Shown here one piece after another: positions 8,124-18,894 of a DNA stretch of 64,000 nt (positions are counted from its first letter, which is position 1; each line of letters opens with the position of its first letter). The notes beneath the pieces were generated by a model. That model ran no database searches and was not told the origin of the DNA. It worked only from the letters and a program-made list of their open reading frames with translations. Origin of the DNA: Candidatus Eremiobacteria bacterium (GTDB taxonomy: Bacteria; Vulcanimicrobiota; Vulcanimicrobiia; Vulcanimicrobiales; Vulcanimicrobiaceae); assembly GCA_963737065.1 (NCBI GenBank), contig CAVTRC010000001.1, positions 1,792,001 to 1,856,000 of the forward strand, given 5' to 3'. The position numbers were made by a program, and so were the translations under genes.

Positions 8124-8736
8124 TGGTTGGCTCCTTCGTTTCTTCTTCGTCATGCTCGGCGTGCGCGCCGTCCCTATGTTCTTTCGCGTGTTCCTTTTGC
8201 GAAGAGAACTTCGGCGGCCCGGTGGGTGCCGTACGCGGCGCCAAGATCATGAACATGTTTTTTCCTTCGAGACGCGCCTCGCGCTCGACCGTTGCAATCG
8301 GCGCCATATCTTCCGCCATACGATCCAATAATCGCTTGCCGAAGGACGTGTACGTGATTTCCCGCCCGCGGAACATGATCGTGACTTTGATCTTGCTTCC
8401 GTCCATCAAAAGACGTTCGGCCATGCGAGCTTTCGTCTCATAGTCATGCGTCTCGATCTTCGGACGCAGCTTCACTTCGCGGAGTTCGAAGTTGCGCTGC
8501 TTTTTACGGGCGTCTTTGTCTTTCTTTGACTGCTCGTACTTGAGCCGGCCGTAGTCGCCGATTTTGACAACCGGCGGTTGCGCGTTTGGCGAGATCTCGA
8601 TGAGGTCGAGACCGGCGCCGCGCGCGCGCGTGAGTGCGTCCTCGGTCGGCATGATTCCGAGCTGTGCTCCGTTTTCATCAATCACACGAACCGTGCGAAT
8701 GCGGATCTGCTCGTTTACTCTGAGCGGTCGAGCTAT
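8116..8736 (-). CDS. infC: Translation initiation factor IF-3, probable AUA start
   Basis: VNEQIRIRTVRVIDENGAQLGI...KLRPKIETHDY...IMFRGRE; the frame extends to ATA at 8736, 8 nt after TAGGAG. Confidence 0.97.
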   Translation of the reverse strand: MARPLRVNEQIRIRTVRVIDENGAQLGIMPTEDALTRARGAGLDLIEISPNAQPPVVKIGDYGRLKYEQSKKDKDARKKQRNFELREVKLRPKIETHDYETKARMAERLLMDGSKIKVTIMFRGREITYTSFGKRLLDRMAEDMAPIATVEREARLEGKNMFMILAPRTAPTGPPKFSSQKEHAKEHRDGAHAEHDEEETKEPTSA

Positions 8737-8757
8737 GGCGTGAACTCCTACACAAAT

Positions 8758-8890
8758 AAAAAAAGGCGTTGCCGAAGCAACCCCACAAGCGGAAGCCTAC
8801 CGTCGGCTCCTCATGCAGTACCGGATCGCCCGGGGGCATCCGGTGAGCGCTGTGGCCTGCGAATTGTCAGGATCACACCGCTTCTTCGGC
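8758..8890 (-). promoter_or_regulatory. Probable L20-leader / attenuator upstream of infC
   Basis: About 130-nt leader with AAGCGG...CCGCTT complementarity ending in hairpin GGGGTTGC-TTCG-GCAACGCC-TTTTTTT just before the infC RBS; the position matches L20 leaders. Confidence 0.65.
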
Positions 8891-8896
8891 TTGCGC

Positions 8897-8926
8897 AGAA
8901 TAGCACGGCAAACTCGGGGGTGTCAA
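8897..8926 (-). promoter_or_regulatory. Sigma70-type promoter of the infC operon
   Basis: TTGACA-N18-TATTCT with TG extension on the minus strand. Confidence 0.7.
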
Positions 8927-9050
8927 CGCGCCGCCGCGTCCGCTCCGCGGCTCGCTGGAGCGAATCATAGCTCGCTTGCCCGTCAGCTCAGGCGCAGCAG
9001 CGCTGGGCGCGACGAAATGGTGTTGCGGCGACGAGGGAGTAAGGTGCGAT

Positions 9051-10910
9051 ATGCTGCACCCGAACGTCGTTGTCGCTGCGGCGGCGCTCACCGCTGCGGC
9101 GCTTTTCGCCGCGCCCGCTCGAGCGGCAACTTCGCCGCCGATCGTGTTAAACGTCGATGCATCGAGCGTCGCGACGCAAAACGTCGTGTTCGCCCACGAG
9201 CGTCTTGCGGTGAGCCCCGGCAAGTTGACCCTGTACTATCCGAAGTGGATCCCCGGCGAACACATGGTTGCGGGCCCGATTGCGAATCTCGCCGGACTCT
9301 TTATCAAAGCGAACGGACAGACGTTGACGTGGCGGCGCGAGCCGAAAGATGTGTTTGCATTCGACCTCGACGTCCCGCCCGGCGTGGCGTTTCTCGACAT
9401 CGACATGACGTATCTCGGCGCGACGTTCGGTTCATATTCGACGAACCGATTGGGCAGTGCCAATATGGCGGCGATCTTGTGGGATCAGACACTGCTTTAC
9501 CCGTCGACGGGGACGATCCAAGACACGTTTTTCGATCCGTCGATTACGGTACCGGCCGGCTGGCATGTTGCGACGGCGCTACCCGGCGCAAGAACAAACG
9601 GCAACGCGATTTCCTTTGCGACGGTTTCCCTCGAACATCTCGTCGATTCCCCGATGGACATCGGCTTGAATTACAAGCGCTGGGAACTGTGGCGCGACGG
9701 CGATGCTGCAGCGTATCTGAACGTGGTTGCCGACACGCCGGAAGAACTCGATGCGAAACTGCAAATCATCGCGCACTACAGCAAGCTCGTGCGTGAAATG
9801 CTCGCGATGTACGGCGCGCGCCACTGGCGCAACTACAATTTCCTGCTGACGGTCTCCGACGTCATTCCCGGTGAAGGCATCGAACATCACGAGTCGAGCG
9901 ATGACGGCGCGCCCGGCGATCTCTTCACGAATCCGAAAACGCTCGATCGGGAAGCCGATCTGCTATCGCACGAATTCAATCACTCGTGGGACGGAAAGTA
10001 CCGTATGCCGGCCGGCTTGTACCAGCCGAATCTCCAATTGCCGTACGACGATTCGCTCTTGTGGGTCTACGAAGGTATGACGCAATACTACGGCAACGTG
10101 ATGTCGTGGCGCGACGGCTTGCGCGATGCGAAAACGTGGCCGGATCATATTGCCGCGACGTACGCGTACTACGATAACGAGCCCGGGCGTCAGTGGCATC
10201 CACTGCTCGACACGGCGGCGTTCGCCCCCGTACTTTATACGTATCCGCGCGGATACAACGCCGAGCGGCGGAGCGTCGATTTCTATTCCGAAGGCGAGCT
10301 CATGTGGCTAAAAGCCGACAGCATCATTCGCGAAAAGACGAACAACAAAAAATCGCTCGATACGTTCGCCCGCGCGTTCTTCGGTCAGGACAACACCGGG
10401 CCGATCGTCAAGACATATACGCGCGACGATATCGTCGCGGGACTAAATCAGATCCTGCCGTACGACTGGGCCGGATTCTTCAAGACGTGGGTCGACGATA
10501 TCGCGATCCATCCGCCGGACGGATTTACCGCCGACGGTTGGAAGCTCGTATATACCGACAAGCCGCAGCATTTCGTCGAAAAATCGAACTTCTGGTATTC
10601 GATCGGCGTGAACGTGCGTAACGGGAGCGTGTCCGACGTGCGCTATGGTTCGCCGGCATGGAAAGCTGGTCTCGGCATCAACACGAAGATCGTCGCCGTC
10701 GACGGCCGCGAGTACTCCGATGATGGGCTCTACAATGCAATCGAAGAGTCAAAGGGCACGAGCAAACCGATCGCGCTCATCGTTACGCACACGGACGACT
10801 ATCGCACAATCGAGATCGACTACCACGGCGGTTCACGATATCCACATTTGGAACGCGTTCCAAACACGCCGGATCGCCTATCGGATGTCGTCAAACCATA
10901 TACGAAGTAA
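9051..10910 (+). CDS. M61 family aminopeptidase with C-terminal PDZ
   Basis: Signal peptide; PKWIPGEH, GIEHHESS, HEFNHSWDGKYRMP, LWVYEGMTQY; PDZ-like GSPAWKAGL. Confidence 0.93.
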   Translation: MLHPNVVVAAAALTAAALFAAPARAATSPPIVLNVDASSVATQNVVFAHERLAVSPGKLTLYYPKWIPGEHMVAGPIANLAGLFIKANGQTLTWRREPKDVFAFDLDVPPGVAFLDIDMTYLGATFGSYSTNRLGSANMAAILWDQTLLYPSTGTIQDTFFDPSITVPAGWHVATALPGARTNGNAISFATVSLEHLVDSPMDIGLNYKRWELWRDGDAAAYLNVVADTPEELDAKLQIIAHYSKLVREMLAMYGARHWRNYNFLLTVSDVIPGEGIEHHESSDDGAPGDLFTNPKTLDREADLLSHEFNHSWDGKYRMPAGLYQPNLQLPYDDSLLWVYEGMTQYYGNVMSWRDGLRDAKTWPDHIAATYAYYDNEPGRQWHPLLDTAAFAPVLYTYPRGYNAERRSVDFYSEGELMWLKADSIIREKTNNKKSLDTFARAFFGQDNTGPIVKTYTRDDIVAGLNQILPYDWAGFFKTWVDDIAIHPPDGFTADGWKLVYTDKPQHFVEKSNFWYSIGVNVRNGSVSDVRYGSPAWKAGLGINTKIVAVDGREYSDDGLYNAIEESKGTSKPIALIVTHTDDYRTIEIDYHGGSRYPHLERVPNTPDRLSDVVKPYTK

Positions 10911-10915
10911 ACAGG

Positions 10916-12139
10916 TCACGGTTGCAGGATCGCAAGCGCATCGCGATAGCGCTCGAGTAGGAAGCTGATTGCCTCGTCGTCGATTACGAGCGGCGGCGCG
11001 ATGCGCAACACGAAGCGATGCGTGTCTTTTGCCGCGACGCCGCGTTCGAGCAACGCCTGGCTCAACGCCTTTGCGGGTACGGTCAGCTCGATCCCGATCA
11101 GCAGGCCGCGCCCGCGAATCTCACGCACCAACGGCGATGAAACCGCGCGCAGTCCTTGCATGAGTTTTGCGCCGGCGTAGCGTGCGCGCGCACTGAGATT
11201 CTCTTCAATCAAAACGTCGAGCGCCGCCATTGCAACGGCCGACCCGAGCGGATTTCCACCGAACGTGCTGCCGTGATCGCCGGGCTCGAACAAGCGCATC
11301 AGCGGCTCGTTCGCAAGCGCCGCGGAAACGGGATAGTAGCCGCCGGCGAGTGCTTTGCCGACGACCAGAATATCGGGCTTGATGTTGTCGTAGTCACATG
11401 CGAAGAGATGACCGGTGCGTCCGAAACCCGTTTGAATTTCATCTGCGATGAAGAGCACGTTATGCTCTCTGCACATTGCCCATGCGCGCTTGAGATATCC
11501 CTCGGGCGGGACGATCACGCCGCCTTCACCTTGAATCGGCTCGATGAGGATCGCGCACGTATTCGGCGAGATCGCGCGTTCGAGGGCGTCGGCGTCGCCG
11601 AACGGAACGAGCACGAATCCCGGCGTAAACGGCCCGAACTGCTTTCGGTAGCCCGGCTCGCTGCTCGCGCTGATGATCGAGGTTGTGCGCCCGTGAAAGT
11701 TGTTCGTGAAGACGACGATCTCGGCCGCGTCATCGGGAATTTCTTTGACTGCGTATCCCCAGCGGCGTGCAAGTTTGATCGCGGTTTCGACCGCTTCGGC
11801 ACCCGTGTTCATGGGCAGGGCCTTATCGAAGCCGCACAGCTCCGTCAGCTTTTTGAGGAACGGTCCCATGCGCGTGTTGCGCATCGCTCGGGAGGTGAGC
11901 GTCACTTTCGAGGCTTGCTCTATGAGCGCCGCCTCGATGCGCGGATGGCAATGCCCTTGATTGACGGCCGAGTACGCGCTGACGCAATCGAGATACTGTT
12001 TGCCGTCGACGTCCCAAAGCCACGCGCCTCGTGCCCGTTCGACGACGAGATCGAGCGGTGAATAGTTCTGAGCGCCGTAGCGTTCATCCAGCTCGATGTA
12101 CGTGTCGGAGAGACTGTTCTCTACATGCATGATCCTCAT
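10916..12139 (-). CDS. rocD: Ornithine aminotransferase
   Basis: GAQNYSPL, SAYSAVNQGHCHP, PMNTGAEAVETA, EPIQGEGG, DEIQTG, GKALAGGYYPVS, HGSTFGGNPL; start approximate. Confidence 0.93.
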   Translation of the reverse strand: MRIMHVENSLSDTYIELDERYGAQNYSPLDLVVERARGAWLWDVDGKQYLDCVSAYSAVNQGHCHPRIEAALIEQASKVTLTSRAMRNTRMGPFLKKLTELCGFDKALPMNTGAEAVETAIKLARRWGYAVKEIPDDAAEIVVFTNNFHGRTTSIISASSEPGYRKQFGPFTPGFVLVPFGDADALERAISPNTCAILIEPIQGEGGVIVPPEGYLKRAWAMCREHNVLFIADEIQTGFGRTGHLFACDYDNIKPDILVVGKALAGGYYPVSAALANEPLMRLFEPGDHGSTFGGNPLGSAVAMAALDVLIEENLSARARYAGAKLMQGLRAVSSPLVREIRGRGLLIGIELTVPAKALSQALLERGVAAKDTHRFVLRIAPPLVIDDEAISFLLERYRDALAILQP

Positions 12140-12264
12140 AAGGGCGCCGAGTGTGTTTACTCCGGGGCAGAGACCCCGCAAAGGAACATGGGGGCGCAAA
12201 CGCCCATGTTCGAAGAACACTTGCTCGCTCACTTAAGGACGCCCCGAAAGCCTACCTTCTCGCG

Positions 12265-13125
12265 ATGAACCGTATTCCAGACGACACCCGGGCGACGCTC
12301 GGCCGGTTGAGATCGCGCGATCACGCCCGTGTGAGCCAAGCCGGGCGCACGAAACTGCTGCTTCATGACGAGGTGCGTCCGCTGGCAGTGGTCCTGTTTC
12401 ACGGCTTGTCCGCGAGTCCGACGCAGTTCGTTCGATTCGCGCATGAGCTACATGCGCACGGCCACAACGTCGTCGTTCCGCGCCTGCCGCGCCACGGTCA
12501 TCAGAATCGCCTGTCGACCGCGCTTGCGCATTTGACCGCCGAAGACTTGCGCGCATCTGCTCGCGAGAGCGTCGATATTGCATCCGGACTCGGCAAAAAC
12601 GTCGTTATCGCCGGATTTTCACTGGGCGGGTTATTGGCGGCGTGGATCGCGCAACGCTATCCGATAGAACGCGCGGTCGCCATCGCGCCATTCTTCGGCA
12701 TTTCGTGGGTGCCGAATCGGCTGATGGGATCGTTTGCGACGGTGATGCTCGCGTTGCCGAATCGGTTCCATTGGTGGGATCCGATCGCGCGCGAGCGACA
12801 GATGCCGGAACACGGGTATCCGCGCTATGCAACGCATGCCGTTGCGCAGTCGTATCTGCTCGCACGCGAAGTCCTCGGCGATGCGAAGAAAGGCGTTGCG
12901 GCGAATCAACTGATCTTCGTGACCAATGCGCGGGAAGCCGCGATCAATAATCGGGCGGTGCGGACGTTGGAGCGTCGCTTGCGCAAGGTTCATCCCGAAC
13001 GGCTCGATCACGTTGTGCTCACCGACGTGCCGTTTTCGCACGACATCATCGAACCGCTGCGCCATCCGCAGGTCGCCGATCGTGTATTCCCGACGATCTT
13101 GAATTTGATCGAGGGTGAACGGTGA
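12265..13125 (+). CDS. Alpha/beta hydrolase (carboxylesterase-like)
   Basis: LFHGLS, PRLPRHG, nucleophile elbow GFSLG, C-terminal SHDII. Confidence 0.88.
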   Translation: MNRIPDDTRATLGRLRSRDHARVSQAGRTKLLLHDEVRPLAVVLFHGLSASPTQFVRFAHELHAHGHNVVVPRLPRHGHQNRLSTALAHLTAEDLRASARESVDIASGLGKNVVIAGFSLGGLLAAWIAQRYPIERAVAIAPFFGISWVPNRLMGSFATVMLALPNRFHWWDPIARERQMPEHGYPRYATHAVAQSYLLAREVLGDAKKGVAANQLIFVTNAREAAINNRAVRTLERRLRKVHPERLDHVVLTDVPFSHDIIEPLRHPQVADRVFPTILNLIEGER

Positions 13126-13670
13126 AGCGGCGATGCACCTGGGCAACGACGGCACTGATGATTCCGTATCACGACAACGAATGGGGCATCGCGGTGCATG
13201 ACGATCGCGTCTTCTTCGAATTCTTGACGCTCGAAGGCGCGCAGGCCGGCTTGAGCTGGGAGACGATTCTGCGTAAACGTGAGCGTTATCGTGCGGTGTT
13301 TCTCGATTTCGATGCGCGCCGGGTCGCACGTATGACGCCCGCACGCATCGAGCGCTTGATGAGCGATGAAGGAATCGTCCGCAACCGCAGTAAGATCGAA
13401 TCAACCGTTTCCAACGCGCGCGCGTTTTTGAAACTGCAAGATGAATGTGGTTCGTTCGATGAGTACGTGTGGCGCTTCGTCGATGGAAAGCCGATTGTCA
13501 ACCGCCCGCGCGCGCCCGCTGACATTCCTGCGCAAACGCCGCAGTCGCAGGCGTTGAGCACCGACCTGCGTAGACGCGGGTTTCGTTTCGTCGGCCCAAC
13601 CATCGTGTACGCATTCATGCAGGCGACGGGACTCGTGAACGATCATCTGGCGGTGTGCGCTTGGCGCTGA
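13122..13670 (+). CDS. tag: DNA-3-methyladenine glycosylase I
   Basis: YHDNEWG, LEGAQAGLSW, IVRNRSKI, GFRFVGPTIVYAFMQATGLVNDH. Confidence 0.97.
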   Translation: MKRRCTWATTALMIPYHDNEWGIAVHDDRVFFEFLTLEGAQAGLSWETILRKRERYRAVFLDFDARRVARMTPARIERLMSDEGIVRNRSKIESTVSNARAFLKLQDECGSFDEYVWRFVDGKPIVNRPRAPADIPAQTPQSQALSTDLRRRGFRFVGPTIVYAFMQATGLVNDHLAVCAWR

Positions 13671-14553
13671 TCGAGCCGCCGAAGAGCGCTCCCGCGCAGT
13701 CGCATGAAGAAGCGGTCGTGCGCGCAAGGGAGGTTATGGGACGCGATGACGATCGCATCGCGCCCCACGCGCGTACGCAATTGCTCGATCACGGTGCGCG
13801 TACACCGCTCGCCGTCGTGCTTTTTCACGGGTTGACGAATCATCCGGGGCAGTATGCGAACGTTTGCGCCGCTCGTACACGCGCGCGGGGCGAACGTCTA
13901 CGTGCCGCGCTTGCCGTATCAGGGCTACGTGGACCGCATGACGAACGCGCTCGCCGCACTGACTGCGGAAGAGCTCATCGCTGCAGTCGTACGATGCGGT
14001 CGACATCGCGTGCGGCTTCGGAGAGCGCGTTGCGGTCCTCGGAATTTCCGCGGGCGCCCTCCAGTGCGCGTATCTCGCGCAGTATCGCGACGACGTTGCG
14101 GTCAGCGTTCCGGTCTCGCCGGACTTTGCGATCTTGCAATTGCCGTACGATGTGAGCAAGACGCTGGGATGGCTGATGCGCCATATACCCAATATGTTTC
14201 TGTGGTGGGATCCGCGCATCCGTGAAGCGCAGCGACCGAAAACCGCGTATCCGCGCTTTCCCACCCACGCGCTCGCCCAGACGATGCGGATCGGTGATGC
14301 CGTGTATCGTGCGGCGCGCGATATACAAGCGCGCGCGCAACGGATCACGACGGTCGTCAATCGCGCCGATCCCGCCGTCAACAATGAAGTGACGGAAGCC
14401 GTCGTCAATGAGTGGCGCGGGTTGCGCAAGGAAGGGATCGAGTATGTCGTATTCCGCAACCTCCCGGAAAACCACGACATCATCGATCCCGACAACCCGC
14501 ACGCCGCAACGGGCCTCGTCTATCCGAAACTCATTGCGGCGCTCGGTTTGTAG
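13661..14553 (+). pseudogene. Alpha/beta hydrolase paralogue with two +1 frameshifts (possibly sequence errors)
   Basis: Collinear with the 12265 gene across three frames: LFHGLTNHPGQY / FAPLVHARGANVYVPRLP / GISAG...WWDP...YPRFPTHA...NHDII; shifts at about 13860 and 13985. Confidence 0.8.
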
Positions 14554-14586
14554 GCGTACGCGGGATGCGCTTCGGCGTGCGCCGCG

Positions 14587-15601
14587 TTAAATAACGCGGA
14601 TCCAACCGTCCATTTGTGCTCGCGCGTGAAACAGACAGTAGTATTTGAACGCGCCTTTCTTCGTGAATTTCAACGAATACGAAGCACCCGGCGGCAGTAC
14701 TCCGGAATTCGTAAACGTCGAGCCGTCGTATGTGTTGCCGCCGGCGGGCGGAATGAACGGCGGCCCCTTCGGAAGCGGCTGGCCGGCCACCGGGAACGTC
14801 ACGGTATGCGGCGCGTTGTTCGACTCATTCACCCATGTAATCGTCGTGTTGAGCGGAACGGTTAACGTATGATTGTTGTAGTCGCGGCCGTCTTCGACGA
14901 ACCGGAAGACGGTTGACTGGGTGATCGGCGGTTGCGCTAAGCCCGGTGCAATGCCCGCGGCAATTGTCGTACCGAACGGTTTGAACGGAAACTGCGCGAG
15001 CGAAGCGCGCGCCGCGTTGAGGTCGTCCCATTCGTCGTCGGAGCCGGCATGCGTGTAAAAACCTTGCGTGTGCGGATACGCCGTACCGGCGCGCTGCACC
15101 GTTATCATGCCTTGCATTTCCGGATGGTGCAGCAGGCAATAGTAGTGGTATGTGCCCGGCTTCGCAAAGCTAGCGGTAAAGGTTTGGCCATCGTTGAGCA
15201 GGCCGGAGCTGACGAATTTCGTTCCGTCGACGACGTGACCGCCTGCGGGCGCGGTTTGCTCGGGGCTGCCATCCGGCGGAAATGGCTTGCCCCGGAAGTA
15301 GAAACGATACCGTGTGCGGCTCGGTCGACGCGACTCGCCACGTTACCGAATCGCCCGCGTCGATCGTAATCGATCCGTCATAGAAGTCGAGATCCTGAAA
15401 CGCTTGGTCTAACGTCGATGCGCCGGCTTGGATGGACCACGTGCGCGGTCCATTCGCGAGCGCGCTCATCGCGGTCGCGTCCGTTCCGCCGCTTTGCGGA
15501 ATCGCTTGCTGTGCTGCGGGCGAACTCGATCCGCCGCTGCACGCGCACAGAGCGAGCGCGAGCAAAGATCCGCAAAGCGTTGCGGCAATATGAAATCTCA
15601 T
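14587..15601 (-). CDS. Lipoprotein with two cupredoxin (type-1 Cu) domains; one frameshift at about 15286
   Basis: Lipobox-like LALCAC; PHTVSF...YYCLLHHPEMQG and PHTVTF...YYCLFHARAQMDG (H/C/H/M ligands); removing one base joins both ORFs. Confidence 0.82.
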
Positions 15602-15703
15602 AAGCATCAATTCTCCAGAAGTGACATACCGGAATGATGCTATTCCATCATGTCCGGTTCCCCCGGTTAATGGACAAGCGATAAATTGTGAAACCGCATT
15701 CCA

Positions 15704-17382
15704 TTACGCGCGAACGCCGTTGTGAACGGTGAAAATGTTGTTTGGATCGTATACGCGTTTGATCCGTGCAAGGCGATCGGATAGTTGGCGCCCCAATACG
15801 ATCTTCCGAACGACGGTTCGAAGTAGTTGCTTTCGGACACGTACGATCCGCCGTTCGGCGCAAGATCACGGAGCCGATTCATGCCCGCATGCACCGCTTG
15901 CGCGCTCGCGCGAGCCTTTCGCAGGTCCGGTTCGTGACCGGCAATTCCGGGATAGACGCTTTGCGCGCCGTTTGCACTGATCGCAAGTGCGAACGCGGTA
16001 GTGACGTTCGGGTTCGTTGCCGTATCCAAGGCCGCAGCGATCGCCGCGGCCGGCGCGCCCGCAAGCCCTTTGTTGAAGTGCAATGCGAATCCGTATGGGC
16101 GCGACGCTTCGTAGATCGCGTCGACCAATGACGAGCGATGCGCGCCGTCGAGCAGCGACGCCGGAAGCCACAGGGATTCGTAGCCGTAAAGGAAGACACC
16201 GACTTGATCGCTGTCCCCGCTCCACCACCAATTCGTTCCGTGTTGCGGACGGGGATCGAGTCTCACCGACGTACTGTCGTGATCGACGCGCCAGGCGCGG
16301 TCCCACCAGTGGCGCCCCGGCATCGCGCCGATATGCGGCCCGTCCGCGATCGTAAATTTCGACGGCGATGCTTTCACCGAATCGAAAAACGGTTTCCACA
16401 CGGCGTTCATCGCGTCCGACGTGAGTTCCGCACACACCATATTGATAGCAAGCACGTTGTCGCGGCGGAACTCGACGCTTTCGCCCCAGTGCTCGTTGAA
16501 CAGCGAGTCGCGATAGAACGTGATGAACCGCGCGATCAATTCGCGGTACGCATCGTTCGATGACGCCCTGATCTCCGCATTGGCGCCGCCCAAAAACTCA
16601 GGCAGGTCGTGCAGTGCGAGCGTCAGCCGCGTGACGACGCCGAACGTGCCGCCCCCGCCGCCCTTCAATGCCCAAAACAGATCGGGATCGCTCGACGCAT
16701 TGACCGTGCGAATTCGTGCGTCGGCGGTCACCACTTCGGCTTCGCGCAGGCTCGATGCAGCCGTGCCGAAGCGCTTGGAGAAACTGCCGAAGCCGCCGCT
16801 TTGAATCAAACCCGCGACGCCGACCGTCGCGCATCCCCCGCCTTGAACGTACCTCGCGTGCTGCGTTGTCACGGCATCGTACGCCTGCGCCCATATCGTT
16901 CCCGATCCCAGCGTGACGGTGTCATCGCCGACGTTGATGTCGTGCATCCGGCGCGTCCAAATCAACAGTGAATCGGGCGCGTTCGATGTGCCTTGATAAC
17001 TGTGTCCGCCGCCTTTGACTGCCAATCGAAGGTTGTAATTCCGCGCGAAGTTCACTGCGGCGGCGACGTCGCCCGCGTGCTGCGCGGCGACCGCGTGCGG
17101 GCTTGTCGTACTCGTCCACGCATCGGCCCATCCAACCGTTTGCGTGAGCGCCGGATCGTCACCGATGAAATAGGGATTCTTCAGACTCTCGAAGAGCGCA
17201 TCGCATGCAGTCGTCCCGCTCGCGCACGACTCGAATGGCGAGCGCAGCTCCATGACCTCGCCGTCCGTCGCTCGGCGCAACTTCTCCCACGGAATCGTCG
17301 CTTGAGCGGCGCCGGAATACCGCGGTAACAATGCAATGAGCGCAGCTGATGTGCCGCCCTGCAGTAACAAGCGCCTCTTCAT
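15704..17382 (-). CDS. FAD-linked oxidase (VAO/BBE family), Tat-like signal; frameshift near the C-terminus
   Basis: MKRRLLL signal; VKGGGHSYQG; GGGCATVGVAG; DLFWALKGGGGGTFGVVT; BBE tail YWGANY/RLARIKRVYDPNNIF continues in another frame (about 15778) to TAA at 15704. Confidence 0.9.
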
Positions 17383-18884
17383 CAGATATAATCCTTTTCT
17401 CGCGGCCAGAGCTGCGCTAGGGGTTCTTTTATGCCGCGGCAGAGCATGATCGGGATGTGCGTTTCGTAGCTCACGGTATACGGCGCATCGAACACCGCTG
17501 CACGTCGCGATCGCGCAAACAGATGCGCGCTCGCGCCACAATCGCCATTGACATCGATCACGACGTTCCCGGAATACCCGTGTGTTCCCCACAGCCAGTA
17601 CTGATTGTGGCCGCTCACGACCGGGACGTTCGCAAAAAATTGAATCGCAGCCGCTTCGCCGTAATTCGATGCGACGACGACCGCCTGCGTACGCTCGGCC
17701 ACCGGCAGGCCGTCATAGATTCTTTTTACGGTTGAGGCCATCTCCGGCCAGCCGTGCATGTCGGCCCAATCAGCGGGAAGCGCTTCATCCTCACGGTGGT
17801 GTTCCGTAGCGGTGACGTTCTTCGAGAGGTGAAGCGTCGTGAGGACGCGTTGTTGATACGCGAGAAATGTCCGTTCCGGAAGCATCGGAAGAGCGAACGG
17901 AACGAAAACGGGTCCGAGTACGAGCGCGTATGCGAGCACCAAATAGCGCGCAAGCGTCGTGCGAGACGTCCACGATTCAATCGCAACCGCGCCGGCCGCG
18001 ATCAGGATGGAGTACACGGCGGCGGGATAATAGTGCTTGCCATGCGTGACCATCATCTCAGCGATGAGGATGATGTACCCGTAGCCGAGAAACCGGTATG
18101 CGCTCGAGCGCAGCAGCGAGAACAATCCGATGACCCACACGGGAAAAAGAAAGAGATTTGTGATGAGAATCTCTTGCACGATATAGAGCGCCGGCCCGGC
18201 CGCAATGTTTTTGCCGCTGGCGCCGTTGCGAAGTAATTCGATCATCGGGAACCCGTAGTGCGCTTGCCATAGGACGTTCGGCAAGGCGATGAGCGCCATG
18301 AGCGCGATGCCGGCGCCAAACCAGCCGTTCCGCAAAATACGCCGTTCCGGCGTGAGAAGTACGCCGGCGACGAGCGCGATGAGGAAGAACACCACGCTAT
18401 ATTTGCTTTCGAGCGTGATGCCGGCGACCGCACCCGCGGCGAGCCACACGCGTCGATCGGCGCCCTTCACCAAACGCACGAGCAAATACGCGAGCAGCGG
18501 CCACGTAAAGAGATTTACTTCATCCGTCCCGACCTTCATACCGAACGACATCAGCACACCGCAGAACAGGAACACGAGCCCGCCGAGCACTTGAGCGAAC
18601 ACTCCACCGCCGAACTCGGCAACGAGCAGACATGTGGTGTATGCGCCTGCCGCGGCAAAGAGCGCCGGTATGATGCGCAGCAGCCACAATGAATGTCCGA
18701 ACAGTTGCGTCGCAGCGGCCATGAGCGGAACGAGCGGCGGCTGATCGACGTATCCCCACTGCGGATGGAACCCGCAGATGATGAAGTAGAGTTCGTCGCG
18801 GAAGAAGCCGTAATGGGCGTTGCCGAGCGCATGGACGAGGAAAACTATCGCCGCTACAATCCACGGCATCGTGCGAAGGTTCAT
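17382..18884 (-). CDS. GT39/ArnT-like membrane glycosyltransferase
   Basis: YGFFRDELYF, WGYVDQPPL, many TM segments, GKHYYP, NYGEAAA. Confidence 0.88.
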   Translation of the reverse strand: MNLRTMPWIVAAIVFLVHALGNAHYGFFRDELYFIICGFHPQWGYVDQPPLVPLMAAATQLFGHSLWLLRIIPALFAAAGAYTTCLLVAEFGGGVFAQVLGGLVFLFCGVLMSFGMKVGTDEVNLFTWPLLAYLLVRLVKGADRRVWLAAGAVAGITLESKYSVVFFLIALVAGVLLTPERRILRNGWFGAGIALMALIALPNVLWQAHYGFPMIELLRNGASGKNIAAGPALYIVQEILITNLFLFPVWVIGLFSLLRSSAYRFLGYGYIILIAEMMVTHGKHYYPAAVYSILIAAGAVAIESWTSRTTLARYLVLAYALVLGPVFVPFALPMLPERTFLAYQQRVLTTLHLSKNVTATEHHREDEALPADWADMHGWPEMASTVKRIYDGLPVAERTQAVVVASNYGEAAAIQFFANVPVVSGHNQYWLWGTHGYSGNVVIDVNGDCGASAHLFARSRRAAVFDAPYTVSYETHIPIMLCRGIKEPLAQLWPREKDYI

Positions 18885-18894
18885 CGTCTCTCCC

